DNA of 64,000 nt from a virus. The stretch lies in IMG/VR virus record IMGVR_UViG_3300027719_000003, positions 9,586-73,585 of that record; one strand, written 5' to 3'. Below the pieces are notes generated by a model. That model made no database searches and was not told where the DNA came from. It saw only the letters and a list, made by a program, of their open reading frames with translations. The position numbers were made by a program, and so were the translations under genes. Below are positions 54,791-63,757 of the stretch, one piece after another. Each line of letters starts with the position of its first letter. Within the stretch, counting starts at the first letter, position 1.

Positions 54791-56410
54791 TCATTCCCCC
54801 TTCTTATACAGATTGCACAGCATATCTTCTATGCTCATGCCGAAAATATCACCAGTCACATAACCATCCAACGTCTTATCAAGCATCTTGCTCTTCTCAT
54901 CCAACAGGAGCGCCGTATCCTCATCCACCGTTCCGGCACCCACAAGGAAGTAGTAGGAAAGCATCTTCGCTTCCTGCCCGATACGGTCAATGCGCCCAAA
55001 CATCTGTTCCAAGTCCCCCGGAGTCCACGGAAATTCTACCACGGCCATACTACTAGCGGCGGTAAGAGTTATGCCTACACCAGCGGCGGTAGTCTGCCCT
55101 ATAAAGAGTCTTACCTTACTATCATTCTGGAACGCATCGATATTACTCTGCTTCTGCTTGCTACTTGTCCTTCCGTCTACTACTACCGCTCCCTTGCCGA
55201 ACGCATTAGCCAGATCGTCTATGGCTTCCGTATGATAAGCAAAGACCACCAGCTTCTCCCCGCTCTCTAGGAAGTTCCCAATCCACTCGATCACTTCATC
55301 CCGTTTACCAACGTAGGCAAGCTGACGAAGCGTTTCAATGTGAGCCTTCTTTGATAATGCCTTCGTAGCCTCAAGCGTCTGCACCCAGTTCTTGAATGAA
55401 GCACTTGCCTTATCATACTTCTTTTGTGAAGCAGAGTCAAGGGCGAACGGTACGATTATCTTCCGCTTATCCGGTAAGTCAGAAAGTACATCCTCCTTAC
55501 GTCTACGGAACATCACCTTCTGTACATTATGGAACAACTCTTCCTCATTTGTCAAGCCCTTGTACGTCCAGCTATAGCCATTGAACTTCGGCTCGCAATA
55601 TCGATCAAGATACTTTTTCCTATTAGGGAACAGTTTCCTGTCAACAAGGTTCAAAGCAGTGAAGAATTCCGATGGCCTATTCCGTATCGGTGTTGCTGAT
55701 AAAAGAACCCGCTTCGGAATGACGCGGGCTAAACGTATGAACGCCTTCGTCCTATACGTGCTAGGATTATTGACGTAGGCCGATTCGTCCCCGATAAGAT
55801 ACTTGAACTTCGCTTCTACGAGGGTGTCGGCCCATTCCTTCAGGATATCATAGTTGATAATCACCCACTTATAATGTGTATTGAGCCGGTAGACGGTTTT
55901 ACCGGACAATACCATAGCCTCTTCACCTGCCCACTTCTTGACTTCCCTCTGCCAATTATACTTGACGCAAGCAGGGCAGACAATGAGAATAGGGCGATCT
56001 TCGGGGTGGAGTCTACCATACGACGCGGCGATATTGGACTTCCCTAAGCCTACAGGAAGGCCAATGACCCCGCTACCCTTATGTGCCTCAAGCCACCTCA
56101 CCCCATCAAACTGATAGGGGAAAAGTCGTTTGTCGAGCTTGGAGGCGTCAATATCGGCAAGGGGAATCATTTCATCCACGAAAACGGGTGCATCTTTCCA
56201 TAGGGCTTTGACCTTGGGAGAAGCGATGAAGTTGTTCGCTACGAGAAGGCTTATGTTCTCTTGTGTAGGGAAAGCCGTCCATCGCTTCTTGGCCGGGTCA
56301 AAACTTCTACCTTCACACGTCTTTACAAGATCAACCGTTTTTTGGAATTCATAGGTAGGCACATAGAACTTTATTATCAGTTTAGTTCCGTCATAGTCTA
56401 TTGTTCGCAC
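54791..56410 (-). CDS. SNF2-family helicase with HARP-like N-terminus
   Basis: PVGLGKS, IGDESA, SATPIRN, AAGVGITLTAA, QMFGRIDRIGQ. Confidence 0.9.
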   Translation of the reverse strand: MRTIDYDGTKLIIKFYVPTYEFQKTVDLVKTCEGRSFDPAKKRWTAFPTQENISLLVANNFIASPKVKALWKDAPVFVDEMIPLADIDASKLDKRLFPYQFDGVRWLEAHKGSGVIGLPVGLGKSNIAASYGRLHPEDRPILIVCPACVKYNWQREVKKWAGEEAMVLSGKTVYRLNTHYKWVIINYDILKEWADTLVEAKFKYLIGDESAYVNNPSTYRTKAFIRLARVIPKRVLLSATPIRNRPSEFFTALNLVDRKLFPNRKKYLDRYCEPKFNGYSWTYKGLTNEEELFHNVQKVMFRRRKEDVLSDLPDKRKIIVPFALDSASQKKYDKASASFKNWVQTLEATKALSKKAHIETLRQLAYVGKRDEVIEWIGNFLESGEKLVVFAYHTEAIDDLANAFGKGAVVVDGRTSSKQKQSNIDAFQNDSKVRLFIGQTTAAGVGITLTAASSMAVVEFPWTPGDLEQMFGRIDRIGQEAKMLSYYFLVGAGTVDEDTALLLDEKSKMLDKTLDGYVTGDIFGMSIEDMLCNLYKKGE

Positions 56411-56706
56411 TTAGCCTCCTTCAATGAATCGAAATTTTCCTGCTCTAATTCTAAAATAGTACGTTTTTGTTGCTCTATATCCTCTTCTAACTCCTCTATT
56501 CTTTCCTCTAATTCATTGATTTTGTCTGTCCACAAGGTGCCGTATTCTTCAAAATATGCCTCAATATCGTCATAATAGGTCTTCACTGCGTCTATTAGAA
56601 GTCCTGACACATATCCCCGTTTCCTAAGAAAATCCTCAATATCATATGCCTGTTGTGGTGTCACTATATTCTCCTTAAAATCCAAGCTCTTCCCGAAAGT
56701 TCTCAA
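56398..56706 (-). CDS. Coiled-coil hypothetical protein
   Basis: ORF track; start uncertain. Confidence 0.6.
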   Translation of the reverse strand: MRTFGKSLDFKENIVTPQQAYDIEDFLRKRGYVSGLLIDAVKTYYDDIEAYFEEYGTLWTDKINELEERIEELEEDIEQQKRTILELEQENFDSLKEAKCEQ

Positions 56707-57559
56707 CCTCTTTCGGTGTCATATCTCCGGGGTCATGGTCTAGCCCCGTATCCACTAGTTCAACATTAGCCCCCATCACGGCCACCCGCTCTCCGAGTTT
56801 CTTAGCCCGCCTCTGTGCCTCTATCTCTGGATCAAACACTATATAGACATTCTCATATATAGACAATTTCCTAACTTGCTCTTCAGTAGTTGAAGTTCCT
56901 AACGTAGCCACAAAACCTTCGCCGAGCTTCCATACATCCACTACACCCTCGCATACCCCGATCTTCTCTCTACTTGGTACCTTATCTTGATTGTACAAAC
57001 AATGCTTCGGGTTGATGACGCTTTGTTCAACTGATAAGGTCTTGTAACGTAAATCGGTGTTTCCGGTTATATCTCGGCCTTGATACGTTACAAGTGTTCC
57101 ATTTTGATACACTGGGATCATCAGCCGGTATTTCCAATCACCGACTATGCCCCCAGCCTGTACCCCATAGTTTTCTACAATCTCATCAGGATCAAGGCCA
57201 CGCTTACGAAGGTACTTCCGATAGATACCCGTTAAAGGCTCACCGGGAAGGACAAGGGAAGTGGCCTGTGGGGTCTTCCGGTTAATGGAATCAAGAAGTG
57301 TGCCCCTCGTGCCATATTCATCCTCGATAGACTGTGCTTCATAGGAAGAACACTTGAGATATTCCTTGATGACATTCTGAACCGAATGCCCCCCACACTT
57401 CCAGCAGTAAAAGTATGAGCCGGAAGCATTGAAGCCCATATGGAAAGCGGTATCGTGATGAAAGGGGCAATTAAGCCCCAACCAGCCGGGGCCTATGTTC
57501 TTGCCCTTAGTGGCGTAGTGGATGCCGTAGTTCTTACAGAATGAAATCAGATCAAACAC
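56675..57559 (-). CDS. DNA primase (CHC2 Zn finger plus TOPRIM)
   Basis: CPFH...CWKC, YQGR, CEGVVD, FDPE, DPGD. Confidence 0.88.
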   Translation of the reverse strand: MFDLISFCKNYGIHYATKGKNIGPGWLGLNCPFHHDTAFHMGFNASGSYFYCWKCGGHSVQNVIKEYLKCSSYEAQSIEDEYGTRGTLLDSINRKTPQATSLVLPGEPLTGIYRKYLRKRGLDPDEIVENYGVQAGGIVGDWKYRLMIPVYQNGTLVTYQGRDITGNTDLRYKTLSVEQSVINPKHCLYNQDKVPSREKIGVCEGVVDVWKLGEGFVATLGTSTTEEQVRKLSIYENVYIVFDPEIEAQRRAKKLGERVAVMGANVELVDTGLDHDPGDMTPKEVENFREELGF

Positions 57560-57613
57560 ACGGTCTCCTTAATGAACAGGGGCACAGCCCTACGAACCAT
57601 GCCCCCTTATGTC

Positions 57614-57919
57614 TTACTCGAACTCTATGTAGTTAGCACACGTCTTGCTATAGTGGAAAATCTTGTCCTCTGGCAGTTCCAGTACGTTATCCTGAAGATG
57701 CCCCGTGATCCTGACGAACGTGCCTTCCTTGAGCCTATCGATGTACCTATCCGCTATCGCCCCCCACGCCACGCAGTTATACTTGAACCGCGACTGCCCA
57801 TTCTGATTCGTCCGAAGGTTCTCTACGACGAAATTGACTGCCTTCTTACCATCCTTCTCCACCATTTCCGGGGTGTAGACGATAGTACCCTCAAGAAACA
57901 CCACATTCTGGTTGTCCAT
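57614..57919 (-). CDS. ssb: Bacterial-type single-stranded DNA-binding protein (OB fold only, 101 aa)
   Basis: NVVFLEG...PE, CVAWG..A...LKEG..VRITGHLQ; GGAGG RBS before ATG 57919. Confidence 0.8.
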   Translation of the reverse strand: MDNQNVVFLEGTIVYTPEMVEKDGKKAVNFVVENLRTNQNGQSRFKYNCVAWGAIADRYIDRLKEGTFVRITGHLQDNVLELPEDKIFHYSKTCANYIEFE

Positions 57920-57961
57920 AAAACCTCCACCAATAGATTGTTTTGGGCTTACTGCCCATCT

Positions 57962-58034
57962 AGCCATCGAGAGGAATCGAACCCCTAACCTTAACCTTAC
58001 AACGGGCACGCTCTACCATTAGAGCTACGATGGC
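57962..58034 (-). tRNA. tRNA-Thr(UGU), imperfect anticodon stem
   Basis: GCCATCG/CGATGGC acceptor, GCTC/GAGC D-arm, loop GTTGTAA, TTCGATT T-loop; no encoded CCA. Confidence 0.75.
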
Positions 58035-58044
58035 AATAAAGAAA

Positions 58045-58117
58045 TCAGGTCAGAAGGGATTGAATCTTCGCGTGTCTGCTCCAAGGGCAGATGCCTTACC
58101 AGCTTGGCTATGACCCG
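58045..58117 (-). tRNA. Atypical tRNA (anticodon UUG/Gln by position; Pro-like C1:G72, A73 acceptor)
   Basis: CGGGTCA/TGACCTG acceptor, TCTGC/GCAGA stem, loop CCTTGGA with C33. Confidence 0.65.
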
Positions 58118-58156
58118 ATATACCCCTGCTCACACTCGGGGAATCGCGCTTGACCC

Positions 58157-58546
58157 TTAAAGCTCGTCGATCATCTTCTGGATGTCCTCGGTGGACTTAC
58201 CCTGAAGTTCGGCTTCCTGCTTCGACGCCAGTATGGACAAAAGCCTCTGCTTGCGCTCGGACTTCTCCTTCAGTGTCTTCCTCTCGTCGGCCTCAGCCAG
58301 CTTGACCTCGACAATGCGCTTGACAATCTCGATCTGCATGTCAACGACGTTCTCAGCCTTCGTCTTGCGCCCACCAAGCAGAGTCTCCTCCTGCGCTGAC
58401 TTCACCTGCTTGTTGAGATTCTTAAAGATACTATCAAGCTCCTCAACAGTCAAGTCCCAAAGGTCTTCCGTGGTAAGATTACCCATATAAGGGTAACGAA
58501 ACTTCATGCGCGTAGCCTTCTCAAAATCCATGCGATCCTCCTTCAA
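58157..58546 (-). CDS. Conserved phage coiled-coil protein (FEKATRMKFR...EDLWDL family)
   Basis: Family-like motif; GGAGG RBS favours the internal MDFEK start. Confidence 0.75.
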   Translation of the reverse strand: MKEDRMDFEKATRMKFRYPYMGNLTTEDLWDLTVEELDSIFKNLNKQVKSAQEETLLGGRKTKAENVVDMQIEIVKRIVEVKLAEADERKTLKEKSERKQRLLSILASKQEAELQGKSTEDIQKMIDEL

Positions 58547-60582
58547 AAGTTTATCTTTAGAGTGCGGCTAGTCTGCCCCTCTACCTTAACGATGAGCGAA
58601 TTCCTCTTCGTAGAAGAGAACCCTATACCAGATAGCTGATCCTGCGTCTCCTCGACACGCATTTCGGCACCAAGCGCCTCAAATACACGCTTATGCTCCA
58701 ACAGGTCTTCCTTCAGATACTCATTGAAGAATCCATTAGGACTCTCGGGATTTATGCAATCCTTGAGCATAAAGAAGTAATGCCTGTTCCCGATGCCGTC
58801 CTGCTTATCCCAATAGTTCGGGGAGTGCATCACGATGGATACCGGGAGGAATTGGTTCGTGTCAAGCCCCCAAGCCTTGCGAGAAGACGTAGACGACGGA
58901 AGACTCTCTATGAGCTTGAATCCATCCCTACGGCTATACTGAACCGTGGCGACCTGTATATCCTCATCCTGTCGCACTTCACGATCATAGGAGAACGAGA
59001 AAATCTGACCATCAAACTCTATCTCAGCAGAGAAACCCGAGCGGCCTCCGCGATGGGCGAAGTTATGAACATAGAACTTGTAACGACCTTCGGCCATCCG
59101 TGAGAGTACAGGCCACGTAATGTTCTCTACAGCCGGTACACGCTCCTGCGGTACACGGATGTCCACATCCAAATTACCCCCAGCAGAATCACGCGGCACA
59201 GCAAAGTAGATATGCCCACTCGGCCCTTCACAATGGGCATCAAAGTCATTCCGGTTGTGATCCTCTCGATCATTCCACTGAATAGAGAATCTAAGCACAC
59301 CGTCTACCTTACCACCCGCCGCCTTCACTCGCTCCTTCATAGAGTCCGTGATATTACCGGAATAGGCCCACGAGAATCCATTGTTCCACTTGAACAATGT
59401 CTGTGCATCCATATTCTTCGGAGCAATCAGGGATACCAAATTGGCAACGTGCCGGTTCTCAAATAGTGCCTCAACCTTCGTCGCCGTGGGCAGAACCCTT
59501 CCCACGAAGTCATCAATACTGATCTCTTCCACCCTATCGAACTTCTTAGGATTCACAGCGACTGACCCAGCCATCGTATCGAATACAGAACCACCAACAC
59601 GCTTCGCGGCGTCCCTATTGACGAACAGGGTATTGTTCACCGTGATGTCGTCAAGTGTAGCGCTCCTACGTCCTAGCGACTCCATGTAGCCAAGCGCTTC
59701 GAGCTTCTTCTTGGCGTCTTCAAGCATCTTCTTTGTGAAGATAGCCTTGGGGCGCTTATAGTTGCTCGGAGCCACCATGGCCTCGTATTTACGAACAGCC
59801 TCATCCAACTCAGTACCCTCGGTAATATCCGTAAGAAGAGTACCAATGGAGTGGTTCTTGATCTTCCCTATAACCGGGCCGACGAGAACACTCTGCTCCC
59901 ACGCATACAGCTCACGGAGATCATCTGAAAGACTGTTGTAAGCCTTGTGGTGCTTGAGGAACTGCTTGAGCACAGCCTCCCACTCTTCACCCTTGTACAG
60001 CGAACCCTGAGCGATAAGCTCAAGAACCGTCTTAACAGAATCCTCGGATATCTCCGTAAGGGAACGCTTGAAGACATTCCGCACATCACGGAGCTTACCC
60101 TTAACACCATCCAGCGTCTCACCATATGGAAGCACCGTGAGGAACTTGGCAGGAAGCCTGTAGTACAGGTGCTCCCACGTCAGAATCTCACCAGTCTCCT
60201 TGGACTGCTCGTGGTTCTTGTCGATGCCCATATTCGTCTCTTTAGTAACGAATATGTCAGTGACAGGCTTCGACTTCACGAAAGCAGAAAGAGCGTCCAC
60301 TATCGGCTGATAATCGGCGTTGACCTCGAAGTCCCATATCGAAGTGACTATGTTATTCTTGATCGTGACGACATTACCGAACGCCTTGATGAAGTGCCTA
60401 CAAGCGGAACAGTCGTGCTCTGTCCGCTTCCTGAACATAGGATTGGTGTCTTCAGGAAAACTGCTAAGGTAGGTCTCCCAAAGCGCATCCTTGTCTACAT
60501 CCACGGTGAAGAGCGTGTCCGTTCCGGTGAGCATTTCCGTGATATGCTCCTGTAACTTCTGCTTGAATCCGTTGAACTCCAT
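58543..60582 (-). CDS. Large conserved phage protein (679 aa) with CxxC and a YfaP/DUF2135-like segment
   Basis: HDCSACRHF; RFSIQW..DFDAHC..GGNLDVD..AVENI..G.YKFYVHNF; AAGGAGG RBS. Confidence 0.75.
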   Translation of the reverse strand: MEFNGFKQKLQEHITEMLTGTDTLFTVDVDKDALWETYLSSFPEDTNPMFRKRTEHDCSACRHFIKAFGNVVTIKNNIVTSIWDFEVNADYQPIVDALSAFVKSKPVTDIFVTKETNMGIDKNHEQSKETGEILTWEHLYYRLPAKFLTVLPYGETLDGVKGKLRDVRNVFKRSLTEISEDSVKTVLELIAQGSLYKGEEWEAVLKQFLKHHKAYNSLSDDLRELYAWEQSVLVGPVIGKIKNHSIGTLLTDITEGTELDEAVRKYEAMVAPSNYKRPKAIFTKKMLEDAKKKLEALGYMESLGRRSATLDDITVNNTLFVNRDAAKRVGGSVFDTMAGSVAVNPKKFDRVEEISIDDFVGRVLPTATKVEALFENRHVANLVSLIAPKNMDAQTLFKWNNGFSWAYSGNITDSMKERVKAAGGKVDGVLRFSIQWNDREDHNRNDFDAHCEGPSGHIYFAVPRDSAGGNLDVDIRVPQERVPAVENITWPVLSRMAEGRYKFYVHNFAHRGGRSGFSAEIEFDGQIFSFSYDREVRQDEDIQVATVQYSRRDGFKLIESLPSSTSSRKAWGLDTNQFLPVSIVMHSPNYWDKQDGIGNRHYFFMLKDCINPESPNGFFNEYLKEDLLEHKRVFEALGAEMRVEETQDQLSGIGFSSTKRNSLIVKVEGQTSRTLKINF

Positions 60583-60592
60583 AAATTCCTCC

Positions 60593-60769
60593 TTACTCGA
60601 TCAGATAAATGAAAAACCGAAACACCGCTATAAATATAGCCACACCAACACCGACACAGATTCCAGTGAACACGCTTGTCCAACTAATGCCCCATAGAGC
60701 ACAAGGCAGTCCAACGAATACAGCTAGAAGTATAAGAATTATACCAGTCCAGCCGATCACCTTCCTCAT
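60593..60769 (-). CDS. Small 2-TM membrane protein (58 aa)
   Basis: AGGGGG RBS; MRKVIGWTGIILILLAVFVGLP... Confidence 0.6.
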   Translation of the reverse strand: MRKVIGWTGIILILLAVFVGLPCALWGISWTSVFTGICVGVGVAIFIAVFRFFIYLIE

Positions 60770-60902
60770 ATATACCCCCTATAAAAAGATTGCTAAGTCT
60801 CTAAAAAATAAGCCGGTTACGTTTTCCGGCAACGGGGCTATCTCGGATGATCGTTTCCCCCGACCATCTCCTTCTCTCCGTTCGTTCACCTCAACAAGAG
60901 AG

Positions 60903-60931
60903 AGTGTACTACCTTTTTAGAAAAAAGTCAA
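60903..60931 (-). promoter_or_regulatory. Sigma70-type promoter
   Basis: TTGACT-17 bp-TACACT. Confidence 0.8.
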
Positions 60932-60937
60932 GGGGTT

Positions 60938-62821
60938 TTATCGTAATTCGCAGGCTCCGCCACCACAAGCGATCTCGCCTGATAAGTTAGTGCCGTCTTG
61001 ATCTTCCAGCACTCCACGTAGATCAATATCCTGCACCTTCAAAATCATCTCATTGTACTGCTCCTCCGTAATACTCTCAAAAGGAGCCTGTTCATACACA
61101 CCATTATCATAGGGAAGTACCGATATGCCATTATAATGATCCCTATTTTCCCACATCCATTCTTCTACTGTATCCCATTCATCCGGTTTTATATTGACCG
61201 TTACAGAACTATTATGAGTATTACTCCCCTTACGATGCCCCGGCACTATCCATTCGTTGTAGACCTTTCGCACCCGTTCAAGCGTATCTAGTGCAGATTC
61301 ATTACGAGTAATAGCCCCATCAGGTGCCTTTATGGGCAACACAATAATGGCACCCCCATTTGACATCTTATCCTCTTCCAGTGCATCTGGATTGTTTATC
61401 TTGAAGTAGGTATAAATAGGCTCATTCTTGCCAACACGGATCCTGCGAATGTAGAACTTATCATACCAAGCATGGATGCCAGAAGAACAGCCCAATAAAA
61501 GAGACGAAGTTCCGTCCGGCTTGGTCAAACAGGTACGTGCCGCCTTATTGATCTTTATGATCTTAGCAACACGCTCATTCTCAGCCAAAACTACTTCTGC
61601 ACCCTTTGACAGATTAACAGTATCAAGAAATTCTTTAGTAGCGATGCCCGTCATAGATATACCAAGCAAAGCATCCCGCTCCGTGTTTTTACGCCACACC
61701 TCCCGAAGATAATGAAACTCTGTATACGATGCTTGAAGTGTCGAAATAAACGTGGCAACCTTACAGCGCACCTCAAACTCCTCCTGTGTATCAATATCGG
61801 ATACAAGCATGGTGACGAGGTTACAGAAAGTATTTTCATGGAGTGAGGCTTCATTGCAAGGATTTCCTAACATATTTTTATCATTAGTTAGGAATACCCC
61901 CGGCTCTCCTGTACCGCTTGCCTCTACTCTCTTCCATATCTTGCTGAAGTCTGCCTTGGTAAGTTTATGTCGCAATAGAACCACAGAATTATTAGCCCTT
62001 CCGCGCTGAGGGGCACTCTCCCAATACCTTCCATTTTTACAATTCAACATTTCTTCATCATCAAACGAGAAAAAACTTATCATGGCACTTCGTCTAATTC
62101 CACCACTAAGAACTGCATCAGCGATATAGCACATAATATCATGTACCTCTAACGAGGTAAGGTGACAATTCCTTCCCCTAGACTGAAGTGCTGAATCCAG
62201 AATCTTTCGGATATTATGTACACAATCCTTTAAGGGTTGGGGGCCGGGAGCCTTGCCGCCAGCAGTAAGCAGTTGTGCCCCCATTGGGCGTATATCCCTA
62301 TAATCAAAATCGATATCCTTTTTAGCAAAGAAGTAGGATTCCATCAAAATCTTTATCGTTTCTGCCCATCCCTCAAGCGAGTCGTTTATGAGATAACGTC
62401 GGCCTTTGCCCCCGTCTTCTTCTGCACGGATAGGGCCGCGAAGCGGGGGAAGTTTTTCAATGTGGTGAGTCTGCACTGAATACCCCACCCCTGTACCTCC
62501 GAGAAGTAGGAACATAGTTTCAGAAAACGCCTCAACTGTATCTATGGGGAGGTATGCACAGTTATACCCCCTAGAACAATTCAGTTCTATGGGCCTTCCA
62601 GCGAATTGCATTGTTCGCATGGATGGAAGCACCTTTCGCTCGTATACATATTTATAGTTATCCCTAATTTCTTGCTCCAATTGGGGAAACTTTACAATGT
62701 GCATATTCATATTGCGCGTTACGACTTCCTCCCATGTTTCCCTTCTCTTTTCCTCTGGCAGATATCGAGCATATTTCATATGCAGAATAACATCCGATAA
62801 TACCTTTCGAGACACGTCCAT
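60938..62821 (-). CDS. nrdJ: Class II (adenosylcobalamin-dependent) ribonucleotide reductase
   Basis: RRETWEE, LPSMR, YNCA, GTGVG, GGIRRSA, NPCNE, KPDGTSS, C-terminal CGGGAC; AGGAG RBS before ATG 62821; no NrdB in window. Confidence 0.9.
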   Translation of the reverse strand: MDVSRKVLSDVILHMKYARYLPEEKRRETWEEVVTRNMNMHIVKFPQLEQEIRDNYKYVYERKVLPSMRTMQFAGRPIELNCSRGYNCAYLPIDTVEAFSETMFLLLGGTGVGYSVQTHHIEKLPPLRGPIRAEEDGGKGRRYLINDSLEGWAETIKILMESYFFAKKDIDFDYRDIRPMGAQLLTAGGKAPGPQPLKDCVHNIRKILDSALQSRGRNCHLTSLEVHDIMCYIADAVLSGGIRRSAMISFFSFDDEEMLNCKNGRYWESAPQRGRANNSVVLLRHKLTKADFSKIWKRVEASGTGEPGVFLTNDKNMLGNPCNEASLHENTFCNLVTMLVSDIDTQEEFEVRCKVATFISTLQASYTEFHYLREVWRKNTERDALLGISMTGIATKEFLDTVNLSKGAEVVLAENERVAKIIKINKAARTCLTKPDGTSSLLLGCSSGIHAWYDKFYIRRIRVGKNEPIYTYFKINNPDALEEDKMSNGGAIIVLPIKAPDGAITRNESALDTLERVRKVYNEWIVPGHRKGSNTHNSSVTVNIKPDEWDTVEEWMWENRDHYNGISVLPYDNGVYEQAPFESITEEQYNEMILKVQDIDLRGVLEDQDGTNLSGEIACGGGACELR

Positions 62822-62859
62822 AGACACTCCTATATTATAGCTATATGCTAAGATGCCGA

Positions 62860-62885
62860 CAAAAAACCCGCCCAATGCGGACGGG
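62860..62885 (-). terminator. Intrinsic terminator closing the tRNA transcript
   Basis: CCCGTCC-GCATT-GGGCGGG followed by TTTTTT. Confidence 0.8.
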
Positions 62886-62992
62886 TAAGAAAAAGAACCC
62901 AGAGCCTCGTGCTGGGAACACGCCGCCATACGATGCGGAGCCACTTCCATTTGTATAGGCCGTTCTACGTCGCGTTGTTCCTACGCGCTGTG

Positions 62993-63067
62993 AGGAGAAG
63001 GGCGAGATCGAATCGCCGACCATTCACTTAACGGGCGAACGCTCTAAACCAACTGAGCTACTTCTCC
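62993..63067 (-). tRNA. tRNA with GUU (Asn) anticodon, atypical C33 and U73
   Basis: GGAGAAG/CTTCTCC acceptor, GCTC/GAGC D-arm, TTCGC/GTGAA stem, loop CCGTTAA, GGCGA-TTCGATC-TCGCC T-arm. Confidence 0.78.
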
Positions 63068-63293
63068 AAGTATTCCGAAAAGTCATACAGTTAATAATAA
63101 TGTACGACAGTTCGGAACATCGTCTTACTTACTCACACCCATCCATAAGCACATCGTTCACAGTACAAAGGAGGCGGTTCAGCGCATCCAGACGAGGCAC
63201 ATCAACGTTTATGCCATTAAGACAGTCCTCAATACTACCTATGACCGTTAGGCGAAGCTGTACTAGACGCTCTACATAATCCACAATACCCCC

Positions 63294-63473
63294 TTACTTA
63301 CTCTTCAGGAGCTTCTTTACTCCGAAGATACCGATGATAAGGCCGACCACTACGGCTACAGCCTCCACGATAGCCACGACCGAACCGGAAGCGATACCCC
63401 CGATAGTCATAGCGACGGTGCCGAGCACAATGCAGACGACACCCACGATAAGCAGAATCTTGTTCTTGCCCAT
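63294..63473 (-). CDS. Small 2-TM membrane protein (59 aa)
   Basis: AGGAGG RBS; MGKNKILLIVGVVCIVLG...GVKKLLKSK*. Confidence 0.65.
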   Translation of the reverse strand: MGKNKILLIVGVVCIVLGTVAMTIGGIASGSVVAIVEAVAVVVGLIIGIFGVKKLLKSK

Positions 63474-63602
63474 ATACCCTCCTAGAAACTAAGCTACAAT
63501 GTAAAGTGAGGCTTCCACTCACATCACCGTGTGGGTACAGCTATGTACGGCTTCCCGGCTGGTTACGGGCTACATGGGGGCTGAATCCAATGTAGGCTTA
63601 CT

Positions 63603-63676
63603 TGGGAAGGGGAAGACTTGAACTTCCCACCCCGACTTTATAAGAATCGTGCTCTAACCAGATGAGCTACCTTCCC
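63603..63676 (-). tRNA. tRNA-Ile(UAU)
   Basis: GGGAAGG/CCTTCCC-A73, CGATT/AGTCG stem, loop CTTATAA, canonical D and T arms. Confidence 0.88.
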
Positions 63677-63685
63677 GTAGAAACA

Positions 63686-63757
63686 TAGGGCTACCCAGAG
63701 TCGAACTGGAGTATTCACCGTGAAAGGGTGACGGCTTAACCACTGGCCGATAGCCCC
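63686..63757 (-). tRNA. tRNA-Glu(UUC)
   Basis: GGGGCTA/TAGCCCT acceptor, TCACC/GGTGA stem, loop CTTTCAC, TTCGACT T-loop. Confidence 0.88.

Noticed and set aside
57920-58009. N-terminal extension of SSB in the ORF track
   Set aside because: Overlaps tRNA-Thr; the RBS supports ATG 57919
58693-60555. Several + strand ORFs up to 202 aa
   Set aside because: Antisense to the 679-aa gene; no independent signals
62822-62950. 43-aa N-terminal extension of NrdJ in the ORF track
   Set aside because: Runs across a terminator and a -10 element; the RBS supports ATG 62821
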